From NCBI GenBank assembly GCA_963727775.1, contig CAVSHB010000001.1:1024001-1088000 (forward strand): a stretch of 64,000 bases of DNA, read 5' to 3'. The position numbers and the translations under genes were made by a program. The notes beneath the pieces were generated by a model. It was given only the letters and a program-made list of their open reading frames with translations, was not told where the DNA came from and ran no database searches. This document shows positions 31,411 to 41,306 of this stretch, in pieces (positions within the stretch are counted from its first letter, which is position 1; each line of letters opens with the position of its first letter). Origin of the DNA: an uncultured Nitrospiraceae bacterium (lineage in GTDB: Bacteria > Nitrospirota > Thermodesulfovibrionia > Thermodesulfovibrionales > SM23-35).

Positions 31411-32358
31411 TTAATTCACACCGCACATCGTCAAAGCAGTATTCAGGGCTTTTCTGTTAATATCGTTGCTTTCACCAAACCACAAACTATCCAGCCTGCC
31501 ATCCCGAGTCTTACCTCTCTCATAGTTGAGATACTCATTGACAGCGTTGTATGCCCCCCAATAGGTTTTCCCGGCTAGTTTGCTTCCCTTTCCGCTTTCG
31601 AAGAATTTGTCAACGGCAGGCATGATTTTCTTGCTCTTCTTAATATCCTTAATATCGAAGACCTCTTTCACATATTTCTTCAAGTCTTCTGAATTGATGT
31701 CTTTTTTCGCTAATTCTTCATATTGCTTTACAGTGGCGACAAACTCTCTATTGGCTGTATCCATAATTTCTCTTATGTCTTCAAGATTCTTGATAAGTCC
31801 AGACGTGTGCTTGACTCTTAGCAATTTACTGGCTTTTGATTCATGAGCCAGAGTCAAAGTGTTCATACAGACAACCCTGATTGGGGTGAAACCCACTCTA
31901 ACGGCCAGGCTGCCATCATGGGAATTAGAGAGTAGAATGAAGTTCTGAATGGTGTCATCCTTCTTGACCTGCAACGTCGCGTCCTTTATCCTTGCAAGGA
32001 CCCAGACGCGCCTCCCTCTCTTGAGGCTTCCTGCAGTATCAATAATCGCAATGTCTTTATCAAGGAATGGCTGAAACCATGCAAAGGCCTCTTTGTTCTG
32101 TAAAAGTCTATATTCGGGCCCCACAACGCCCAGGATTGCATTATCAGTTTTTCGACAAGTTGCATAGTAATCATCTATCCCAAGTACGGCTCCTCTCTTG
32201 TCCTGAGTAAATATCTCTCTAAGCTCAACCTCCCAGTCCAGTCCTGCCGCAACTATAGCCGCCTCAAGGCTAAGGTTCGTTCCTTCCGGAAATGATACTC
32301 CCAGACTATGCCAAGGCTTTGCCCCCACAAAGAATCCACTCTCGAACTCATGTCCCAT
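31411..32358 (-). CDS. DUF932 family phage/plasmid-associated protein
   Basis: PWHSLG, AGLDWEV, LQNKEAF, LLSNSHDGS, TPIRVVCMNTL, WGAYNAV. Confidence 0.9.
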   Translation of the reverse strand: MGHEFESGFFVGAKPWHSLGVSFPEGTNLSLEAAIVAAGLDWEVELREIFTQDKRGAVLGIDDYYATCRKTDNAILGVVGPEYRLLQNKEAFAWFQPFLDKDIAIIDTAGSLKRGRRVWVLARIKDATLQVKKDDTIQNFILLSNSHDGSLAVRVGFTPIRVVCMNTLTLAHESKASKLLRVKHTSGLIKNLEDIREIMDTANREFVATVKQYEELAKKDINSEDLKKYVKEVFDIKDIKKSKKIMPAVDKFFESGKGSKLAGKTYWGAYNAVNEYLNYERGKTRDGRLDSLWFGESNDINRKALNTALTMCGVN

Positions 32359-32550
32359 AGTTCCCTCCTCGACGAATACGGTTTTCCCTAACTAATGTTC
32401 TATCTCCAATAGACGGTGTAAACCCCCACTTGATGTTTTTTTGCATTTCTAACAGATTAACACGAATATTGTAGATAGTCTATGCATTATGTTAAATAAT
32501 ATGACGATAGTCTATTAATATTCTTCATAAAAGTATCATATCCTCTATCC

Positions 32551-32925
32551 ATGGATATGACAGAACTGTTGAAGGGTATCGGACAAAAAATTAGGACTAT
32601 ACGAAAAGCGAAAGAAATCTCCCAAGAACGGATAGCAGAATTGGCTGGTCTTCATCCGACTTATATCAGCCATATTGAACAGGGCAAAGTAAATGCATCA
32701 ATTTACAGTTACTACATGGTGGCAAAGGCACTAAAAGTTCCTCTTTCTGAGATTGTGGATATTCCGGTAAAGCCAAAAGACCGAAGACTCGCCAATGACC
32801 TTGCGGTTATCACTGGCCTTGTGAGAGAGCTCGACAGAAACAGGCAAACGATATTCTTGTCTGTAGCAAAAGGTTCTCTCGACGCTATCAGAGGATTACC
32901 AACTCGTAAAGCCTCAAAAAAATAA
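32551..32925 (+). CDS. XRE-family HTH regulator
   Basis: IRTIRKAKEISQERIAELAGLHPTYISHIEQGKVNAS. Confidence 0.9.
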   Translation: MDMTELLKGIGQKIRTIRKAKEISQERIAELAGLHPTYISHIEQGKVNASIYSYYMVAKALKVPLSEIVDIPVKPKDRRLANDLAVITGLVRELDRNRQTIFLSVAKGSLDAIRGLPTRKASKK

Positions 32926-33377
32926 GATCTTCGCTGCACTCACCGTGCTGTAGGAGATTTCATCTGCGATATCAGATACCCGGACATGTCCATAAATCAG
33001 ATGTATAGTGGACACCTAAATGTTATGCCGCGAATCCACATTCATCAAGCAATCCATCCCGAAAATTTGCGAGGGTTTTATGGACAAGAGATGGATCGAG
33101 ACCTGTGTGCGTTTCATTGGGAAAGAGACACTACTTTCTCAAATTGTCAGGTATTGCTAACACCTACGAACAAACGTTTTTAGATGTGCCGAAGTTTTAT
33201 TGATTTCTTCATCAAATGTGCACTTCTGACATTTTGCATCAAGTGTGGAGTATTCTTGAAAATGCGCGAACTCAAGCGTGGTTGAATTTCGAACTGTGTC
33301 TATAGTTGCACTATTGGATGCATCTTGCACATGTTAGATGCCGAATTATAAGATCATCTCGAATCTACTTCCAGCAT

Positions 33378-36300
33378 TTATTTCCTCAAAACTTCTCTTA
33401 TTTTTTGTAAAAGCTTAGTCGGTGAAGCAGGTTTTTCGATATACGCGAACTCCTTTTCGATGATCCCGTGTTTGTGAATGATGTCCGCCGGATAACCGCT
33501 CATAAAGAGCACCTTAATGCCGGGTCTTATTTGCTTTATCTCATCATACACCTCTTTGCCGTTCTTGTTCGGCATTATTACATCAAGGAGTACGAACTGA
33601 ATTTTATCCTCATTCTCCTTAAATCTATTAACCGCATCCTGACCATCTATTGCCTCTATTACCGTATATCCGTTTTCCTCAAGCAATTCTCTTGTGAATT
33701 CCCTCACCGCCGTCTCATCCTCTGCCAGGAGCACTGTCTCAGTTCCTCTTTCGATATGGTGTATAACTTCTTTGGGTTCTATCTCTTCCGCCTTTGCCTG
33801 TATCAACGGTAAATATATCCTGAATGTGGTTCCTATCCCCGGTTCACTGTAAACATTGATATATCCTTCGTTCTGTTTGATGATACCGTATACCATGGCA
33901 AGCCCCAGTCCCGTACCTTTTCCGACTTCTTTGGTCGTAAAGAAGGGTTCAAATATCTTCTCCCTTGTCTCCCTAGCCATACCGGAGCCTGTATCTGTAA
34001 ACGATATAAGAGCATATTTTCCTTCCTTTCCAAAGCCGTGCTCTCTTATGTATTCATGATCAATATCAGCCGTTTCAGCCCGGATAGTCAAAAGACCGCC
34101 TCCGGGCATTGCGTCCTTTGCATTGGTTGCAAGGTTCATCAATACCTGCTCTATCTGCCCGGGGTCAACCATAACGATCAGGTCGTTCTCTGAAAGCATT
34201 GTCTGTAATCGAATGTCCTCCCCGATAATCCTTGATAGTAAATGATCTATCCTTCGGATAATCCCATTGAGATCTACCGGCCTTGGATTGATTATCTGTT
34301 TCCTGCCGAAGGCAACAAGGCTTTTTGTCAAATTAGCTGCTTTATCTGATAAGGAAAGTATATGATCGGCATAATTCCTTAAAAGGTCTTCTTCCTTCAG
34401 CTTCATTTTCAGCAGGTGACCATATCCTATCATCGCGGTGAGGATATTATTGAAGTCGTGAGCAATGCCACCTGCAAGCTGTCCGACAGCCTCCATCTTC
34501 TGGGCCTGAAGAAACTGGGAATACAGCTTTTCCTTCTCATACTCTACCTGCCTTCTGACAATGATTCCTGCCAGTGTATCTGCAACAGTGCGTAGGAATT
34601 CTTCCTCTTTCTTGTCTCTTATATGACCTTCTTTCAGATAGATATTCAGGACTCCCAGCGTTCTGCCGCTGAACAAAATGGGCACAGAATATTGACCGTG
34701 AGGCTGTATCCCTTTGTAGCAGATTTCATGACGTTCATCGATGTGATCTGCAAACTCAATTTTTTGAGACTGCGCAGCCTTTCCGCAAAGGCATTTTCCA
34801 AAAGGAACTCGCGCACATAGTTTTTTCGAAGGTTCGTCAAGATTGCTTTGAGCTTTCATTACCAAAACATCTGCCTCATCTTCCACGAGGGATATACTGC
34901 CGACTGATTCAAAGGTAATCCAGGGAATTGCCAGTATCATATTCAATGCCTTCTGTAAGATTTCTTCTAATGGTATATTTTCCAGTGATTCGCTCAGAAT
35001 CACATTAATCGCAGACTGGCTAAAGTAGTTATCATGGAGTTCCGCTTCTGATACCCTCAGCGCATCCTCCGCTTTCTTGCGCTTAGTGATGTCCCTGATA
35101 ATACCTACAGCACACCATTTATTATCAATTTGAGTTGCCGAAACGGAAAGGTCAATCGGGAACTCGGTTCCGTCTTTTCTGATAGCGCTTAATTCAAGCG
35201 TTTTCCCTGTGACTGGTCCCTGCCCTGTTTCTTTGAACCTTTCGAAACCTTTTTTGAAGTCTTTATGGTACCGCTCGGGAACAAGTAAATTATGCAAATC
35301 CTTCCCTATTGTTTCATTGTTTGTATACCCAAACACTTTTTCGGCTGAAGGATTCCAGTAAGTTATTTTGCCGTCATTATCCATGAGGAGAATGGCATCA
35401 GCTGCTGTATTGCTGATCGAACGGAATTTTACTTCACTCGTTTTTAATGCTTTCTCAGCTTTCTTGCGTTCTGTAATGTCGCGGGCTATACTAAGGATTA
35501 ATTTCTTGCCTCCCACTTCAATCAAGCGGGCACGTACTTCAACCGACATAAAAGATCCATCTTTACATATGTGAGCAGATTCAAAGGTTGCTTCACCTTT
35601 TTCCATCAGTTCTGTGATTCTTGGCTTAATGAGAGGTGCATAGTCTGAGACGACAAAATCATGAAGGTTTATTGCCATCAATTCATCTTCAGTATATCCA
35701 CGAGATTTATAGGCCGCTTCATTTGCGTAAACGAACTTCCCATCAAAATCGTGTAAGTAGATTGAATCATTAGCTGCATTAAGAAGTTGTGCTCTTAATT
35801 TCAGAGATTCCTCCGCACGCTTGCGCTCGGTAATGTCATTGAATGTGACAATGAATTTGTTTGCCAGAAAAGCGGCGTAAAGCTCGCAAATGCGGACCGA
35901 ACCATCTCGGCAGGTAACCCGATACTCGCCAGTGTTAATTGTTTTGCCTGACGAGTGTGCCTTTTCCAGCATAGGTTTCCACCGCTTAATCACCTCGCGT
36001 CGGTAATTGGGATCCGGGTACGCTATCTGATACCACTCAGCTGCGGTAGCCCCGGTATGTCCGAAAAGGGTAAGGGCGCTGCGACTCCAGAAATCAATCT
36101 TGTTATCCTCAAGATCGACCAAGGCAATGGGGAACGGTGTCGCATCGAGAATAGCGCGGAGTTGTGCATCGCTCGCACGCAAAGCCTCCTCTGCCTGCCT
36201 TCGCTCTGTGACGTCGCGGAATATCCAGATCCTTCCGAAATACGTTCCATCTTTTCCGATAACCGGGGCAGAGTACCTGTCCAGGATCGTTCCATCCTTA

Positions 36301-36998
36301 AACTCCAGTTCTTCTTGACTGGTTTCATTCGGATGAGTATAAAGATAGATGACCTTTTCGACGAACTTTTGCGGATCCTTGGCCCTGTTCATGACGAATT
36401 CGACTTGTTGTTTATCGTCGCGATTGTCAACGATATGCTGTGGAATCTTCCACAAATCGATACATCGCTGATTCTGAATGACCTTGTTTCCTTTTTCGTC
36501 AACGATCAAAATGCCATCTATGGTAGCGTTTAACTGAGCTTCGAGGAGGGCTGTTTTCCAATGCGTTTCCAACTCTACCCGCTTGCGTTCTCTTATCTGC
36601 TTAGCTTCTTCCAATGCCCGATTTACCGAGGGAACAAGACGCTTTAAATTGTTTTTTAATACATAATCAGTTGCACCTTCCTTGAGTTTTTTAATTGCAA
36701 ATTCCTCTCCGAGTTTCCCGGTAACTAAGATAAAAGGCACATCAGGGCACTTTTCCTTTGCAATTCTTAATGCTGCAAGACCATCAAAAGAAGGAAGTTT
36801 ATAGTCCGACAGAATAAGATCAGGAAGAAATTCTTCAAGTGCTTCCAGAAAGGCTTCTCTTGTATCTACAATCTTTGAGGTGAATACCAATCCGGCGTTT
36901 CTTAATTCATGCTCTTCTAATTCAGCGTCAGCAGGAACATTTTCGAGGATAAGTATGCGGAGTTCTTTGTCCATAACCCCTTTTTCCCTCAGTCGCAC
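33378..36998 (-). CDS. Hybrid sensor kinase (REC-4xPAS-GAF-HisKA-HATPase-REC)
   Basis: N-terminal receiver; DVTER/DITER PAS ends; AHDFNNIL H-box; [16 protein letters not shown]-terminal receiver. Confidence 0.93.
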   Translation of the reverse strand: MRLREKGVMDKELRILILENVPADAELEEHELRNAGLVFTSKIVDTREAFLEALEEFLPDLILSDYKLPSFDGLAALRIAKEKCPDVPFILVTGKLGEEFAIKKLKEGATDYVLKNNLKRLVPSVNRALEEAKQIRERKRVELETHWKTALLEAQLNATIDGILIVDEKGNKVIQNQRCIDLWKIPQHIVDNRDDKQQVEFVMNRAKDPQKFVEKVIYLYTHPNETSQEELEFKDGTILDRYSAPVIGKDGTYFGRIWIFRDVTERRQAEEALRASDAQLRAILDATPFPIALVDLEDNKIDFWSRSALTLFGHTGATAAEWYQIAYPDPNYRREVIKRWKPMLEKAHSSGKTINTGEYRVTCRDGSVRICELYAAFLANKFIVTFNDITERKRAEESLKLRAQLLNAANDSIYLHDFDGKFVYANEAAYKSRGYTEDELMAINLHDFVVSDYAPLIKPRITELMEKGEATFESAHICKDGSFMSVEVRARLIEVGGKKLILSIARDITERKKAEKALKTSEVKFRSISNTAADAILLMDNDGKITYWNPSAEKVFGYTNNETIGKDLHNLLVPERYHKDFKKGFERFKETGQGPVTGKTLELSAIRKDGTEFPIDLSVSATQIDNKWCAVGIIRDITKRKKAEDALRVSEAELHDNYFSQSAINVILSESLENIPLEEILQKALNMILAIPWITFESVGSISLVEDEADVLVMKAQSNLDEPSKKLCARVPFGKCLCGKAAQSQKIEFADHIDERHEICYKGIQPHGQYSVPILFSGRTLGVLNIYLKEGHIRDKKEEEFLRTVADTLAGIIVRRQVEYEKEKLYSQFLQAQKMEAVGQLAGGIAHDFNNILTAMIGYGHLLKMKLKEEDLLRNYADHILSLSDKAANLTKSLVAFGRKQIINPRPVDLNGIIRRIDHLLSRIIGEDIRLQTMLSENDLIVMVDPGQIEQVLMNLATNAKDAMPGGGLLTIRAETADIDHEYIREHGFGKEGKYALISFTDTGSGMARETREKIFEPFFTTKEVGKGTGLGLAMVYGIIKQNEGYINVYSEPGIGTTFRIYLPLIQAKAEEIEPKEVIHHIERGTETVLLAEDETAVREFTRELLEENGYTVIEAIDGQDAVNRFKENEDKIQFVLLDVIMPNKNGKEVYDEIKQIRPGIKVLFMSGYPADIIHKHGIIEKEFAYIEKPASPTKLLQKIREVLRK

Positions 36999-37254
36999 TT
37001 TATATCTACGACAATTTTTTATGGAGAAAGCAGATACACTATTACTGTCTATTTACAATTGTACCATGAACAATCGCAATAATATCTTTAACCGTTTGTT
37101 ACATGAAGACATTGCCAGGTTTAAAAACTGTTGCGGGCGTTGCCTTCTATGTGAACTGTGGTGCTTTACGGCGACTCGTTGGCGCGTTGATTACAGGAAG
37201 ATCTAAACGTAGATCAGAAACCACTAAAAAGTGTGCAGTTTACCTGATAGCTCA

Positions 37255-37878
37255 TTAGCAGCTAACTACACTCATTTGCTCCTTCAGGATTTTCCCAACG
37301 AAACTTTTTGACAATTTTGTCTTCTCTGCGATAGTTCGTATTGACAGTAACGGATCTTGTGTATGTAATCGTATTGCTTTCTCAATGTCAATAGGCGCAA
37401 CTGGCTTTCTGCCTAATCTCTTGCCCTTCCTCCGCGCATTCTCAAGGCCAGCCTTTACTCTTTCCCGGATAAGCTCCCGCTCAAATTCAGCCATAGACCC
37501 GATAATGTGAAACATAAGCCTTCCCTGGGGTGTTGTGAGGTCTAAGTTGTCCTGATACGATATAAATCCCACCCCGAGGCTCGAAAGCTCCTCAAGGGCC
37601 ATTACAAGCTGTTTCAGGCTCCTTCCGAATCGGTCCAGTTTCCACACTATTACAAGATCAACCTGCCTTTTCCTTGCGGCCTCAATGAGCCTATCAAGCT
37701 GAGGTCTTCGTTCCTTAGTTCCGGAGATGCCATTATCAACGTATTCCCCGGCTATGGTGAATCCTCTCCTTTGACAATACTCCCGAAGAGGCACAAGCTG
37801 AAGTTCAGGGTCTTGACCTTTATCGTGGGTTGAACAGCGGGCATATATTGCAGCTCTGACTTCCTTTTTCATTTTCAT
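37255..37878 (-). CDS. Small serine recombinase (resolvase/invertase)
   Basis: YARCST, RPQLDRL, VWKLDRFGRS, AEFERELIRERVKAGL, GRKP, C-terminal HTH. Confidence 0.93.
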   Translation of the reverse strand: MKMKKEVRAAIYARCSTHDKGQDPELQLVPLREYCQRRGFTIAGEYVDNGISGTKERRPQLDRLIEAARKRQVDLVIVWKLDRFGRSLKQLVMALEELSSLGVGFISYQDNLDLTTPQGRLMFHIIGSMAEFERELIRERVKAGLENARRKGKRLGRKPVAPIDIEKAIRLHTQDPLLSIRTIAEKTKLSKSFVGKILKEQMSVVSC

Positions 37879-38003
37879 TCTCCTTTTCGTTCGCGTAACC
37901 TGCTATTATATTAATACGATAGCAATATGATTCCAATATGTCAATAGTTTGTAGTATTGAAATGCTATCACGATAATGTTATTATTTTTCAGGAGGAAAC
38001 AAC

Positions 38004-38177
38004 ATGGTCAGAGAGAGGCTGTCAATAATGCGGAAGTCTTTCGGATTTAGGATTAATGTTGAATTAGCAAAGCAACTGAAGATTCTTGCTGTCGGTCAGG
38101 ATAAAGCTGTCAATGTTATCCTCGAAGAAGCGATAGAGGACTTACTGAAGAAGTATTCAAGGAAGGGCAGCAAATAA
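38004..38177 (+). CDS. Ribbon-helix-helix DNA-binding protein (57 aa, not in the ORF track)
   Basis: AGGAGG RBS; MVRERLSIMRKSFGFRINVELAKQLKILAVGQDKAVNVILEEAIEDLLKKYSRKGSK. Confidence 0.8.
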   Translation: MVRERLSIMRKSFGFRINVELAKQLKILAVGQDKAVNVILEEAIEDLLKKYSRKGSK

Positions 38178-38272
38178 GGCAAACTTCCATAAAAATAGAA
38201 TTATATTCTTGTTGTCAATAGAACATCCGTCAGGTATAATTTCTCTCAACCAATTTTAACGGAGGGGACTCT

Positions 38273-38545
38273 ATGAAAAAAGCAGACTTTATCGAAAGAA
38301 TGGCAAAAGAGGCAAAGATTGCCAAGAAAGCAGCAGGAAAGGCACTCGATACATTTCTTGATGAAATCAAGAAGACATTAAAGAAGGGAAGCAAAGTGAG
38401 CCTTATCGGTTTCGGAACATTCCATGTTGGCAAAAGGAAAGCAAGAACAGGCAGGAATCCGAAAACAGGAGCAGCAATAAAAATCCTTGCCAGAAAGATT
38501 CCAAAATTTAAGGCGGGTAAGGCTTTTAAGGATCTATTGAAATAG
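38273..38545 (+). CDS. hup: HU family DNA-binding protein
   Basis: MKKADFI, VSLIGFGTF, RTGRNPKTG, PKFKAGK. Confidence 0.95.
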   Translation: MKKADFIERMAKEAKIAKKAAGKALDTFLDEIKKTLKKGSKVSLIGFGTFHVGKRKARTGRNPKTGAAIKILARKIPKFKAGKAFKDLLK

Positions 38546-38553
38546 TTTTATGT

Positions 38554-38584
38554 AAAGGGGGTATGGTCAGCCATACTCCCTTTT
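38554..38584 (+). terminator. Intrinsic terminator after hup
   Basis: aaagggggtatgg-tcag-ccatactccctttt. Confidence 0.8.
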
Positions 38585-38595
38585 ATTACATTAGC

Positions 38596-38760
38596 CTAAA
38601 GAAAATTATAATGCTTCCTGACAGGTTCTTTTATATCCCATACACAAGACAGCCCCTTGGGGAATGTAACAAAGTCCCCAGCTTCTAATTCGACCTTGCC
38701 GTCTTTGGTCTCCACAACAACTTTACCCTCAAGTAGGTAGCACTCTTCAATACTGCTCAT
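38596..38760 (-). pseudogene. N-terminally truncated cupin (DUF861-like)
   Basis: EECYLLEGKVVV...GDFVTFPKGLSCVWDIKEPVRKHY; usual N-terminal part absent. Confidence 0.72.
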
Positions 38761-38846
38761 CCATTATTAATAATAAAACAAAACACATTATAATTGATGA
38801 GGTAGCTTGGGAATTTATCAGTAGGTTAAAAACAGGAGGACAAAAT

Positions 38847-39395
38847 ATGCAGAAGATTACATCCTATATAGTGATTTTGCTCTTATCGCTATTCTTCATT
38901 GCCTGTTCAAACACTCAAGCCATAGAACTGACACTCAATAACACCCCTGCCCAAGTATACTTCAGCCCCAATGCTGGTGCTACGGATGCGGTTGTAAAGG
39001 AAATAGGCAAGGCCAAGTCTGAGATTTTAGTTCAGGCATACAGCTTCACAAGCATGGAAATCGCAAAGGCTCTTGTAGATGCCCATAAAAAAGGAGTTCA
39101 TACGGAAATCATCCTTGATAAAAGCAACAGGTCACAAAAATATTCCGCTGCTGATTTTACTCGCAATATGGGTATCCCCACCTTTATTGATGCCAAACAT
39201 CAAATTGCCCATAACAAGATTATGATAATAGACAAGGAGACTGTCATTACCGGCAGTTTCAACTTCACCAAAGCTGCTGAAGAAAAGAATGCCGAGAACT
39301 TATTAATTTTGAAAAACAAGGAACTCGCAAAGCTGTATATTGATAATTGGAACAGGCATAAGGGGCATTCTGAGGAATATGGGGGGAGGGAATAG
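38847..39395 (+). CDS. Phospholipase D family endonuclease (Nuc-like), probably exported
   Basis: VYFSP, QAYSFT, single HNKIMIID motif, TGSFNFT, NAENLL; N-terminal IAC lipobox-like signal. Confidence 0.92.
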   Translation: MQKITSYIVILLLSLFFIACSNTQAIELTLNNTPAQVYFSPNAGATDAVVKEIGKAKSEILVQAYSFTSMEIAKALVDAHKKGVHTEIILDKSNRSQKYSAADFTRNMGIPTFIDAKHQIAHNKIMIIDKETVITGSFNFTKAAEEKNAENLLILKNKELAKLYIDNWNRHKGHSEEYGGRE

Positions 39396-39430
39396 TGGAT
39401 ATTTACAAATGAAATTGGAAAATCAGGGTA

Positions 39431-40186
39431 CTATTTGGGCACTGGAGTTTTAACATAATGCAATCCTGTCCAGATTAATACAATTGCAAATATCACACGC
39501 AAGGTATTATCAGGAAGTAAGTGAGCAAGGGTTCCTCCCACATATGTACCTACAAGAATTCCTGGGATAAGACCAATAAGGAGATTTGTTGTAACATTCC
39601 CCAATTTCCAATGCGTGTAGGCTCCGACTCCGCCAGCAGGAATCATTGCGAGCAGCGAGATTCCCTGTGCTGTATGTTGCCCGATACCAGCCAGAAGAAC
39701 CATTGCTGGAACCATGACTGTCCCTCCGCCAACTCCCATCATACCTGATAAAAAGCCTGTAAAAATACCTGTTATTAACAGTACAATAATTTTGAGGAAA
39801 CCCGTAGCAGATACCATGATAAATGATAAATAGGGTTTTAAAAGCAAGAGTGCCGAGACAAAAATTAAGAAAGCTCCGAATACCCGCTTTAATTTCCATT
39901 CAGGGAGTGCATGAGCATACTGTGCTCCTGCCCGTGCCGTAAATATTGCCGTTGTTGCAATGAGTATAGAGGCAACCACATCAATAGAACCTTTTAAGGC
40001 ATAAGTTATTGCTCCGCTAATGCCTGTAAAAACAAGGGCTACCAGACTGGTACCATGTGCCTTGTGTTGACTCATCTTTAAGAATCCGACCATCAGGGGA
40101 ATCATAACTACTCCCCCTCCGAGACCAACAAGTCCACCAAAGATTCCAGCAATGAGTCCGATTAGTAAACTGCCTATATGGAGCAT
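39431..40186 (-). CDS. TauE/SafE family membrane protein
   Basis: Two GxxGxGGG repeats; AHGTSL. Confidence 0.9.
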   Translation of the reverse strand: MLHIGSLLIGLIAGIFGGLVGLGGGVVMIPLMVGFLKMSQHKAHGTSLVALVFTGISGAITYALKGSIDVVASILIATTAIFTARAGAQYAHALPEWKLKRVFGAFLIFVSALLLLKPYLSFIMVSATGFLKIIVLLITGIFTGFLSGMMGVGGGTVMVPAMVLLAGIGQHTAQGISLLAMIPAGGVGAYTHWKLGNVTTNLLIGLIPGILVGTYVGGTLAHLLPDNTLRVIFAIVLIWTGLHYVKTPVPK

Positions 40187-40269
40187 GAATTAATTTTATC
40201 ATTAAAAAGGAAAAGGATTATCTTATAATTCTCAGTAGGTCATTATTAAAGGAGGCAGGATAAAAAATC

Positions 40270-40755
40270 ATGAAACAAATAACATTTCAACCAATCGGCA
40301 CAATCCACACTCCCTTTAAGGATCCAAAAGATATGCCTATACAGGCAAAAGGTGGAAAGGGCATCAAAGGAACTATAAAAATTAAACCCGCATTTGCTGA
40401 AGGACTAAAAGATATCAGGGGGTTCTCACATATTATATTGATTTATAACTTCCATCGTTCAAACGGATATTCTCTGGTGGTTAAGCCATTTTTGGATGAT
40501 AAGTTGCGTGGAGTATTTGCAACGAGGGCACCCAAACGTCCAAATCCGATAGGGATATCAGTTGTCAGGCTCAAGAAAGTGGAAGGTAGCATTCTGCATA
40601 TCGAGGACGTAGATATCGTGGACGGGACTCCATTATTGGATATAAAGCCGTATATCCCCGATGTTGATGTGTTTAAAGCAACACGTATCGGGTGGCTCTC
40701 CAAGAAGACAAAGGGGTTCAGGAAGGCTAAAGCGGATGCGAGGTTTAAAGCATAG
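40270..40755 (+). CDS. tsaA: TsaA/TrmO-family SAM-binding tRNA methyltransferase
   Basis: GVFATRAPKRPNPIG; DGTPLLDIKPY. Confidence 0.9.
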   Translation: MKQITFQPIGTIHTPFKDPKDMPIQAKGGKGIKGTIKIKPAFAEGLKDIRGFSHIILIYNFHRSNGYSLVVKPFLDDKLRGVFATRAPKRPNPIGISVVRLKKVEGSILHIEDVDIVDGTPLLDIKPYIPDVDVFKATRIGWLSKKTKGFRKAKADARFKA

Positions 40756-40800
40756 ACTATCTTTTTAGAAATTTTACTAATTCTATTTACGGAGGATTAT

Positions 40801-41217
40801 ATGGTTTCAACAGATACAATCTCTTTAATTACAAAAGGCTTTAGCGATGTGCTTGATATTACCGATAAGGTTACAGCAATTATCGCAAAGTCGGGGATTC
40901 AGAATGGTTTGGTAAATGTTTTCTGCTCGGGATCCACAGGAAGCATTACCACTATTGAATTTGAATCAGGTGTCATTAATGATTTGAAGAAAGCCATTGA
41001 AAAGATTGTTCCTTCAAATATCCCCTATGAACATGACAAGAGATGGGGAGACGGTAATGGCTTTTCTCATGTGAGGGCAGCTCTCATGAAACCTTCCCTT
41101 ACAGTCCCTATTGTCAACGGGAAACTGACTCTGGGTACATGGCAGCAGATAGTCTTTATGGATTTTGATAATCGGAGTAGGGATAGGAAGGTTGTTGTTC
41201 AGGTTGTGGGGGAGTAA
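40801..41217 (+). CDS. YjbQ (UPF0047) family protein
   Basis: YEHD...GNGFSH; LGTWQQI. Confidence 0.9.
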   Translation: MVSTDTISLITKGFSDVLDITDKVTAIIAKSGIQNGLVNVFCSGSTGSITTIEFESGVINDLKKAIEKIVPSNIPYEHDKRWGDGNGFSHVRAALMKPSLTVPIVNGKLTLGTWQQIVFMDFDNRSRDRKVVVQVVGE

Positions 41218-41306
41218 GAAGATCTTTGTTACACCTACTATGCTTTTAAAACAATAGAAGACGATCAATGATGATATACACGAGAAACAAAAGAAATAAT
41301 TAACCT

